Source: Octopus bimaculoides
Lineage: Eukaryota
Reading direction: 5' to 3'
DNA: 64,000 bases
Assembly: GCF_001194135.2 (NCBI RefSeq)
Contig: NC_068994.1
Coordinates: 12,908,002-12,972,001, forward strand
Positions within the stretch are counted from its first letter, which is position 1, and each line of letters begins with the position of its first letter. Of the stretch, positions 53,489 to 64,000 are shown piece after piece. The position numbers and the translations under genes were made by a program. The notes beneath the pieces were generated by a model. The model ran no database searches. It was not told the DNA's origin and was given only the letters and a program-made list of their open reading frames with translations.

Positions 53489-53640
53489 GCGCAGGAGTGG
53501 CTGTGTGGTAAGAAGCTTGCTACCCAACCACATGGTTCTGGGTTCAGTGTGACACTTTGGGCAAGTGTCTTCTACTATAGCCTTAGGATGACCAAAGCCT
53601 TATGAGTGGATTTGGTAGACGGAAACTGAAAGAAGCCTAT

Positions 53641-53703
<63 letters not shown>

Positions 53704-53868
53704 GGCAGGCTTCTTTTAGTTTCTGTCTACCAAATCCACTCACAAGGCTTTCGTCACTCCGAGGCTATAGTACAAGGCACTTGCACTAAGTGCCACATGG
53801 TTCTGGGACTGAACCCAGAACCATGTGGTTGGTAAGCAAGCTACTTAACACACACCCACTCCTGCACC
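53489..53868. mobile_element. Two family-A SINE 5' halves joined tail-to-tail through a (TA)n tract
   Basis: + copy at 53489-53647, (TA)n at about 53648-53702, - copy at about 53702-53868. Confidence 0.85.
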
Positions 53869-55184
53869 TATAAAATAGCTATTTCCCAATTGGGGAACCG
53901 AACCCCAGCCACCGTGGTGAGAGCGCAGAATCCTAACCACTAGACCATATACATGGAAAGGCTTCCACAATGTTTCCATTTCAAGTAATTGGCATCTCAT
54001 TCCCCTCTCTCTCCATATACATGCGAATAGCTACCACAATGTTTCCATCTACCAGATTCACTCACAAGGGTTTGGGTCGAAACGGGCTGAAGGTTCTATC
54101 CATACAATGGTCCTGAATCCAGAACTGTGTGGTTGGAAAGCAAACTTCGTACCCACAGCTGTGTTATACAGATTTTAAAACAACCACACCTGTGTAACAA
54201 ATATCAAAATCCTATTTGTGAACTCGTTTAATTACAAGCTTGCTTTTTCCTCTCATGACACTGATCAGTTTTTTTGTTTGTAACACGCATATTAACAAAT
54301 GTTTTATGCGTGATTAAGTTGTTACATATCAAAGTCCAACACTAAACAAAGTGCCACCCTCGCACTTGTTCTCAAACTACATATGACTGTTCAAACAAAT
54401 TAATCAATCAGTAAAAGAGTGATCTAGATAAATGCATTGTTTCTTATCTACTCGTTAGATAATTTATATATAGATGTGTGTGTGTGTATAAGCTTGGCTG
54501 TGTGGTAAGTTTGCTTCTTTACCACATGGTTCTGGGTTCAGTCCCATTGCATGGCACCTTGGGAAATTGTCTTCTACTGTAGCCTCAGACTGGATCTGAT
54601 AGATGGAAACTGAAAGAAGCCTGTCACACACACACACACANNNNNNNNNNNNNNNNNNNNNNNNNNNNNNNNNNNNNNNNNNNNNNNNNNNNNNNNNNNN
54701 NNNNNNNNNNNNNNNNNNNNNNNNNNNNNNNNNNNNNNNNNNNNNNNNNNNNNNNNNNNNNNNNNNNNNNNNNNNNNNNNNNNNNNNNNNNNNNNNNNNN
54801 NNNNNNNNNNNNNNNNNNNNNNNNNNNNNNNNNNNNNNNNNNNNNNNNNNNNNNNNNNNNNNNNNNNNNNNNNNNNNNNNNNNNNNNNNNNNNNNNNNNN
54901 NNNNNNNNNNNNNNNNNNNNNNNNNNNNNNNNNNNNNNNNNNNNNNNNNNNNNNNNNNNNNNNNNNNNNNNNNNNNNNNNNNNNNNNNNNNNNNNNNNNN
55001 NNNNNNNNNNNNNNNNNTATATATATATAATGCGAGAGAGTTAGGGATTGAGGATTCAACCCACTAAGGGATAGTATCTATCCAATATACTGCTGGGAGG
55101 GTACCCAATTATTGTTACACTAGTGTTATACGAAGTGCAATAAATGGGAGCGGGTAAAAGGGGTGGGGGGGTTTACCCTAAATT

Positions 55185-55472
55185 TATATATCAATTAGAA
55201 AATGGAGGATAATATGCTGAACCCAACGACTTGCAGACAGTGTATCCCGTTGAATTCATTAATTTAATTCATAGCTAAAGTGACAAAAAAACTCACAAAG
55301 TACAGGTGTTTATGAAAAACCATGTTATTTTGCCAACCGGGTTTACAGATAGAAGTACAAAGTACATAAGGAATTAGAGAATGAACGAATTAAATTAATG
55401 AATTCAACAGGATACACTGTCTGCAAGTCGTTGGGTTCAGCATATTATCCTCCATTTTCTAATTGATATATA
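55185..55472. mobile_element. MITE-like inverted repeat (about 85-bp arms, one mismatch, TA-rich flanks)
   Basis: 55185-55270 is the reverse complement of 55387-55472 around a non-coding spacer of about 115 bp. Confidence 0.7.
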
Positions 55473-57032
55473 TATATATATATACACATACGCACATACA
55501 TATATATGTATGTATGATTGTTTGTATGTATGTATAAAGGTAACTTAGTCATTTTACTGGTCTTCAGCCCAAATTTGAAGCCATTATTTCTGCCAGTGAA
55601 ATGAACGATTTCATTTGTATGTCAATGATGTTCATTTACTCCCCTTGTGTGATGTCTAAACAAAGGTACACACATGCACATATACATTTACACACATACA
55701 CACACACACACACACATATAGTGGAGGTGCATAGCTTAGTAGTTAGGATGTTGGATTCACAACCATAAGATTGTGGTTTCAATTGTGTTCTTGAGCAAAA
55801 CACTTCATTTCATTTTGCTCCAATCCACTCAGGTGTAGAAATGAGTTTAGCCTTGAGAAGGATGGGCTCCACCAGGCTTTCTTGGTCCAAGATACGCTAC
55901 ATGGCTGCAATGCCCCAACAACCCTGGGGGGTTAAGCGGCTTGTCAATTGTCAATCATCATCATCATCATCATTGGTTAATGTCCACTTTCCATGCTAGC
56001 ATGGGTTGGACGATTTGACTGAGGACTGGTAATCCAGAAGGCTGCACCAGGCTCCAATTTGATTTGGCAGAGTTTCTACAGCTGGATGCCCTTCCTAACG
56101 CCAACCACTCCAAGAGTGTAGTGGGTGCTATTATGTACCACCAGCACGAGGGCCAGTCAGGTGGTACTGGCAACGGCCATGCTCAAGTGGTGTTTTTTAA
56201 TTGCCACCTGCACAGGAGCCAGTCCAGCAGCACTGGCAACAACCTCGCTCAAATAGTTTTTCACGTGCCACCGATGCAAGTGCCAGTAAAGTGACGCTGG
56301 TAACCATCACGTTTGAATGGTACTTTTAATGTGCCAGCGGTATGGAAGCCAGTCAGGTCAATTTAGGGATTTAGTGGAAGACAGTTGCCCAATGTGCTGC
56401 ATAGTGGGACTGAACCTGGAATGACACGGTTTGGGAGCAAGCTTCTTAACCACACATCCATACCCATGTTTATACGTGCGTTTATGTTTATGTGACACAT
56501 ACATTCTCTCTCTCTCACGCACACAACACCTGTTACACCTTGTCATGCTGTGATTAAAGTTTACACGTTAACAAAATTAAGACTAAAAATAAAATACAGT
56601 CACAAACAGATGACAGCTGATGAGAACTTGAAATCTTGTTATCATTCCTTCAACGAAGTAATTATGAATAAATGTTACATTAAAACACATGGGCACAGGT
56701 TGACATTTATACAAATGTACTCTACGCCACCTCACCACTTACCAGCACACCTTATTCTTTTTTATAAGCCATGACAGTTATTACAGGTGTCACATAACTC
56801 AATATTACAGGTGTGCTAAAGGTGGCAAGCTGATTGAATCGTTAGTATGCCAGGTAAAATGCTTAGTAACATTTCATGTCCCCACATTCTGAGTTCAAAT
56901 TCTGCCTAGGTCAACTTTACTTTTAATCCTTTCACGATTGATAAAATAAGTACCAGTTGTATACTGGTGTTGATGTTATAGAATTAGCCCCTCTTCAAAA
57001 ATTACTGGCCTTGCACCAAAATTTGAAACCAA

Positions 57033-57063
<31 letters not shown>

Positions 57064-57142
57064 TAAAGTGGTGAGCTTGCAGAATTATTAGCATGCTGGG
57101 CAAAATGCTTAGTGGTATTTCATCTATCTTTACCTTCTCAGT

Positions 57143-57534
57143 GTGGAGTCGCAATGGCCCAGTGGTTAGGGCAGCGGACTCGCGGTCATAGAATCGCGGT
57201 TTCGATTCCCAGACCGGGCGTTGTGAGTGTTTATTGAGCGAAAACACCTAAAAGCTTCACGAGGCTCCGGCAGGGGATGGTGGCGAACCCTGCTGTACTC
57301 TTTCACCACAACTTTCTCTCACTCTTATTTCCTGTTTCTGTTGTGCCTGTAATTCAAAGGGTCAGCCTTGTCACACTGTGTCATGCTGAATCTCCCCGAG
57401 AACTACGTTAAGGGTACACGTGTCTGTGGGGTGCTCAGCCACTTGCACGTTAATTTCACGAGCAGGCTGTTCCGTTGATCTGATAAACTGGAACCCTCGA
57501 CGTCGTAAGCGACGAAGTGCCAACAACAACAAAA
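57143..57534 (+). mobile_element. SINE family C inserted inside a family-B SINE
   Basis: 9-bp TSD CTTCTCAGT at 57134-57142 and 57535-57543; the host B copy resumes at TTCAAATTCTGCC. Confidence 0.9.
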
Positions 57535-58205
57535 CTTCTCAGTTCAAATTCTGCCACAGTTGACTTCGCCTTTCATCCTTTCAGGGTTGATAAAATAAGT
57601 ACCGGTTGAACACTGGGGTCGATATAATTGACTTACACCCCTCACCCCGATATTAAAGCTGTCCTACAGCTTGTGGCTGTGTGGTTAAGAAGTTTGCTTT
57701 GTAGGTATGTGTTTTCGGGTTCAATTCCACTGTACAGTACCTTCAGGAAAAAGAGTCTTCTACCATAGATTTGACCTTGTGAATGAAATTTGCTGGATGG
57801 AAACTATATGGAAGCCTGTTAAATACTGGTGTCAAAATAATATTCCTATCAAGCATTTTAAATTGGAATAGAATTATATCTTCCACAATCAATAAAATAA
57901 AGTATCAGTCAATTATTTGTGTTGAATTAATATTCCTATAAAGCATCTTTGATGTGGAAGGAATTATAGTAGAGATCATATATGTATCACAGGTCTACCT
58001 AATCAGGACTGATCTGGAGTTAAATAACAGCATTAATAACAACAAACAGTTCAGCTCCTCACCACTAAACAGAGGAAAACAGTCAGACATGTTATTGCCT
58101 CAACATATTTGATTACATTTGAAAATGTCAACAATTTCAAAACTTGATATTTAAATTATCCTTTTCTATTTATGTTTGTCTTTCTTTTATTTTCTGTTTT
58201 GCCAG

Positions 58206-58349
58206 ATCCGGCTATATTTGGTATCTTCAAAAATGTCAACTGGTTTCAAAGTTGACCGCTTGGATCATTTTGTAATTACGGTCAAGGATATCGAGCAGAC
58301 AGTCAGTTTTTATACTAAAGTGCTGGGAATGGACTTGGTCTCGTTTAAG
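58206..58349 (+). CDS. GLOD5: Glyoxalase domain-containing protein 5, exon: IRLYLVSSK-MSTGFKVDRLDHFVITVKDIEQTVSFYTKVLGMDLVSFK (in-frame ATG at 58233)
   Basis: Polypyrimidine tract ending GCCAG at 58205 and AAG|GTTAGT donor. RLDH.V.TVK.I..T..FY.K.LGM is the GLOD5/VOC motif. Confidence 0.92.
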
Positions 58350-59544
58350 GTTAGTTGTTGAAAGTGCATACGACTTCACACAGCTGTCTCTACAGATTCA
58401 TATAAACATGTACAAGCATTCTTTCATACATACATACATACATACATGCACATATGCTTACATGTATAAATCTGTATGTATACATGCATACTTATTTAAA
58501 ATATATGTACGTGTGAATAGAGAAAAAACAAAGACTGAAAATTTTCAGACAATCAATATTCTTTTCTACTCTAGGCACAAGGCCCGAAATTTTTGGGGAG
58601 GGGGGGCCAGTCGATTAGATTGACCCCAGTATGCAACTGGTAATTAATTTATTGATCCCAAAAGGATGAAAGGCAAAGTCGACCTCGGCAGAATTTGAAC
58701 TCAGAACGTAACGACTGACGAAATACCACTAAGCATTTCACTCGGCATGTTAATGTTTCTGCCAGCTCCTTGCCTTTAAAATAATCTTTTTTACTCTAGG
58801 CGCAAGGCCGGAAATTTGAGGGGAGGGAGTTCAAACGATGAATATTGAAGTATACTCTTTTACTCTCTCTTTTACTTGTTTCAGTCATTNNNNNNNNNNN
58901 NNNNNNNNNNNNNNNNNNNNNNNNNNNNNNNNNNNNNNNNNNNNNNNNNNNNNNNNNNNNNNNNNNNNNNNNNNNNNNNNNNNNNNNNNNNNNNNNNNNN
59001 NNNNNNNNNNNNNNNNNNNNNNNNNNNNNNNNNNNNNNNNNNNNNNNNNNNNNNNNNNNNNNNNNNNNNNNNNNNNNNNNNNNNNNNNNNNNNNNNNNNN
59101 NNNNNNNNNNNNNNNNNNNNNNNNNNNNNNNNNNNNNNNNNNNNNNNNNNNNNNNNNNNNNNATATATATATACATATATACGACAGGCTTCTTTCAGTT
59201 TCCGTCTACCAAATCCACTCACAAGGCTTTGGTCAGCCTGAGGCTATAGTAGAAGACACTTGCCCAAGGTGCCACGCAGTGGGACTGATCCCAGAACCAT
59301 GTGGTTGGTGAGCAAGCTACTTACCACACAGCCATGTACATATATGCAATTATACTTATAGACATTCATACTTACATGCGTGCTATATACATGTATACTC
59401 CAAACCATGTGAGTGCGAAGCCAGCTTTTTAAACACGTGGCCATGCTTGAGCTTAGTAATTATTTATTTATTTATTTATTTTTGCTTTGTAAATTGGTAA
59501 AACATGTTTTCACCTATTTCTTAACTTTATTTTTGAAATGGTAG

Positions 59545-59721
<177 letters not shown>

Positions 59722-60164
59722 TAAACTCTTCTCTATTGCTTTGTTATAACCTCCACCTTAGCAAAGCTGGAGCTATTGTTTTCAGTCATGTTTGTTTGTT
59801 TGTTCGTCCAGGGACAAGATATCTCAAGAATTGCTGGATGGATTGGGATGAAACTTTCAGAGATGTTTGGCCTCATGACTGGCACAAACTGATTAGATTT
59901 GGGGATTGATCCGGTAATGGACAAGGATTCTGGATTATTTTCCCTCTTTTTTTTTTTGCTTAAATTTTTCACCTCTCACTTATCCTAGATTTTATTTGAT
60001 TATTATTATACACTCCATAGTAGTGCTTCCTCAATTTTTCAGGTGTGTGGTCATGTTAGATTGCATCCTAAATTTGTTACAACTGTGTTATCTGAAAGCT
60101 GTGTTACTTGAAAGCCAGTTCCAGCTGGAACTGCTTACTATGAGTTCAGTTCAATTCTCTGAAT

Positions 60165-60239
<75 letters not shown>

Positions 60240-60288
60240 ATGTGTGCATATGCAATGAATGGATTACATCCTACTATCTTGCTCATAA

Positions 60289-60492
<204 letters not shown>

Positions 60493-61266
60493 TTAAACTG
60501 CTAATTATCTGTGATGCTGTTGAAGATGTTTATAATCTACAATCTATAATATGGTTTCATTTCTCAGACAATTCTGCATCATCTACAATTTTAAAAACCT
60601 AGGGAAACAGTTGATTCAAATGCTCATAACCTTGACAGCAACATCAAAGAAATTATCATCAAGCCATATGAAATGTAGCTGGAATAACTCACTAATAAAT
60701 AACAATTATACATGTGCCAAAAACATGTCATATGTGATGGCATATGAGCTACATGGCCATATTAAAAGCACCACAGTTTCAGTGTCTCATATTCAGGAAA
60801 AAAAGTTTTTAGTGCACTTAAGTATATAATGTAGGCACAACGTTGGATATAAGGGACCCAGGGTGAATTTTTGAGTTATTTTTTGGGGGAAAAAAAATCA
60901 TGTCTTATATACCATCAAATAACCCTTTATCATTCAAACAGGCCATATATTCTACCTGTTTAAATCAAATATACTGTATAAACGACCGTAATAATAAAAG
61001 GTGTGTAAGATGTATAATTGTCCTTATTTATTTGAATTGTCTTGTATATACACTCAGTAAACTGTTTCTAATCCAAGAAAGTAAACTCAGCATTTACCCA
61101 TCGGGTGAAATACATTGCGACTGTTTACCTTAAATAGTTTCAGATTATTCTGTATCATTCGATGTGGTTAACCAGAACTTGGACGATGCAAGAGTGCTTG
61201 AACAATATCTGACTGGACATATTATCCCTTTCTGTTCACCTCATATATATGTATGTATATATCATC

Positions 61267-61298
<32 letters not shown>

Positions 61299-63249
61299 CA
61301 CTTAATGTCTGTCTTCCATGCTGGCATGGGTTGGATGGTTTGACAGGAACTTGACTTTGCATCCAGTAAAACTGAATTATAGATTTGACAAGAGCTGGCC
61401 AACCAGAGGACTGCACTGAGCTCTACTGTCTGTTTTGGCATGATTTCTACAGCTGGATGCCCTTTCTAACACCAACCACTTTACAGAGTGGACTGTATGT
61501 ATACATATGTATATATATCATCATCATCATCATCGTTTAACGTCCGCTTTCCATGCTAGCATGGGTTGGACGATTTGACTGAGGACTGGTGAAACCGGAT
61601 GGCAACACCAGGCTCCAATCTAATTTGGCAGAGTTTCTACAGCTGGATGCCCTTCCTAACGCCAACCACTCAGAGAGTGTAGTGGGTGCTTTTACGTGTC
61701 ACCCGCACGAAAACGGCCACGCTCGAAATGGTGTCTTTTATGTGCCNNNNNNNNNNNNNNNNNNNNNNNNNNNNNNNNNNNNNNNNNNNNNNNNNNNNNN
61801 NNNNNNNNNNNNNNNNNNNNNNNNNNNNNNNNNNNNNNNNNNNNNNNNNNNNNNNNNNNNNNNNNNNNNNNNNNNNNNNNNNNNNNNNNNNNNNNNNNNN
61901 NNNNNNNNNNNNNNNNNNNNNNNNNNNNNNNNNNNNNNNNNNNNNNNNNNNNNNNNNNNNNNNNNNNNNNNNNNNNNNNNNNNNNNNNNNNNNNNNNNNN
62001 NNNNNNNNNNNNNNNNNNNNNNNNNNNNNNNNNNNNNNNNNNNNNNNNNNNNNNNNNNNNNNNNNNNNNNNNNNNNNNNNNNNNNNNNNNNNNNNNNNNN
62101 NNNNNNNNNNNNNNNNNNNNNNNNNNNNNNNNNNNNNNNNNNNNNNNNNNNNNNNNNNNNNNNNNNNNNNNNNNNNNNNNNNNNNNNNNNNNNNNNNNNN
62201 NNNNNNNNNNNNNNNNNNNNNNNNNNNNNNNNNNNNNNNNNNNNNNNNNNNNNNNNNNNNNNNNNNNNNNNNNNNNNNNNNNNNNNNNNNNNNNNNNNNN
62301 NNNNNNNNNNNNNNNNNNNNNNNNNNNNNNNNNNNNNNNNNNNNNNNNNNNNNNNNNNNNNNNNNNNNNNNNNNNNNNNNNNNNNNNNNNNNNNNNNNNN
62401 NNNNNNNNNNNNNNNNNNNNNNNNNNNNNNNNNNNNNNNNNNNNNNNNNNNNNNNNNNNNNNNNNNNNNNNNNNNNNNNNNNNNNNNNNNNNNNNNNNNN
62501 NNNNNNNNNNNNNNNNNNNNNNNNNNNNNNNNNNNNNNNNNNNNNNNNNNNNNNNNNNNNNNNNNNNNNNNNNNNNNNNNNNNNNNNNNNNNNNNNNNNN
62601 NNNNNNNNNNNNNNNNNNNNNNNNNNNNNNNNNNNNNNNNNNNNCACACACACATACATACATACATATATATATATATATTGCATCTTCTGACCACAGC
62701 TAGTTTCTTTTAGAAAAACAGAAGGCAAGAAAGAAAGAAAAGTGGTTCCAGCACATGCCTTGGCTTACACACACACACACACACACACACACTTTAGAGT
62801 AAATATGTTTGTATGATTGGGTGTGTATTTTTAAAATTAAACACATGCAAACACACGTGACTGTGAATGTGTGTGTGTGTGAGTGAATTCATATGTCTGT
62901 AAGACTGGGTGTGTATTTTTATTGTTATTCAATAAAAATATGCAAACAATTGAGATTTATGATATCTTGTTGATTATATACAATTTTGAACGTAAGCCAT
63001 AATAAGATTTTAAATTTCCTTGCTTTAAAATTCTTGGAATGTCTTCACAATTTCAAGTAACAAAAAATTAATACAAGTACTATTTCATCAATGTTTTTAA
63101 TTTTTTTCATACTGAGACACACTATTCTCTTGTATTTTGTCTATAATTGTAGCCTCGCCTATTATACAAATACTACTGAGTAACCTATTGTTTTATGCAT
63201 AGAGTAAGTAATACTTTGTACCATTGAAACTGTTTTCCCTTTCACTTGT

Positions 63250-63445
63250 GCAGGAAATAGATTTCGTCAAATGTCCAGGGAGATTCTTGGCGGTAGTAGA
63301 TAGTTTTCATTACTGAGGTGACCAAATTAGCAAAAGTGGATATTGCTCTGAAAGTGTAGTTACCAGAATAAGAACTGGCTGGGTAAAGTTCAGAGAGCTA
63401 TTAACATTGATGGTAACAAAAGGCCTCTCTCTCTGCATGAAAGGC
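63250..63445 (+). mobile_element. Short fragment of the same RTE LINE
   Basis: CTCTGAAAG...AGAATAAGAACTGGCTGGGTAAAGTTCAGAGAGCTATTA...GGTAACAAAAGGCCT is nearly identical to 42170-42250. Confidence 0.7.
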
Positions 63446-63722
63446 CATGCTGGGGCAATGCCGTCAGGAGCTTTTAGCTGTCCAAATCAACCGCAGTACT
63501 TATATTTTTTTAAGTCTAGTACCTATTCCATTGATCTTTTAACACATAATGCGCAACGGGCCATGATCATGGCCATCAGGCAAAGGTTGCCAGGCCATGA
63601 TTGTGGTTCAGATAAATGCATTTAATTTATGGGTGTTTGTTTGTTGGTATGTCAGTCAAGAGATAGTTCAACTAATGACTTTTCAGATGATGTAAAACTT
63701 GCCACCATTATATACTAAGAAG

Positions 63723-63763
<41 letters not shown>

Positions 63764-64000
63764 TTAACGTCTGCTTTCCATACTAGCATAGGTTGGACGA
63801 TATGACTGGGGACTGGCGAAGCAGATGGCTACACCAGACTCCAATCTGATCTGGCAGAGTTTCTACAGCTGGATGCCCTTCCTAAAGCCAACCACTCCGA
63901 GAAAATATTTATTTTTGTATACTTCTACTTTATTTATATTTGAAAATTCTTCTCTTACTTTTTTTTTTAATTGCAAAGTCTTTGATCAGATCCTCACTAT

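Noticed and set aside
56608-56645. GATGACAG-CTGATGA-GAACTT-GAAA-TC-TTGTTATC hammerhead look-alike
   Set aside because: Stem I can pair, but stems II and III are essentially absent.

Overview
This is AT-rich, repeat-dense, gapped animal genomic DNA, most likely octopus/cephalopod. That call is inferred from the SINE families, microsatellite load and intron sizes. Three spliced genes can be rebuilt by hand. (1) The 3' part of a Rad21/Rec8 kleisin gene, probably REC8, lies on + from 353 to 13497 as 8-9 phase-consistent exons. (2) The first coding exon of MADD/Rab3-GEF (uDENN domain) lies on - at 31582-32192, with no further MADD exons found in the window. (3) A complete glyoxalase-domain gene, GLOD5, lies on + at 58206-60492. 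The rest is four abundant SINE families, decayed mariner/Tc1 DNA transposons, RTE and CR1 LINE fragments, microsatellites and 13 N-gaps, several with artefactual flanking duplications. Three kinds of signal are left unexplained. First, several long inverted repeats, at least two carrying minimal type-I hammerhead-ribozyme motifs of the Penelope-like-element kind. Second, a divergent pair of orphan micro first exons about 125 bp apart at 21.7-21.9 kb; the + exon could supply a mitochondrial presequence to GLOD5. Third, an ETS-motif, CpG-rich antisense first exon inside a REC8 intron. No CRISPR array, rRNA or true tRNA gene is supported. All calls were made by eye, without database searches.
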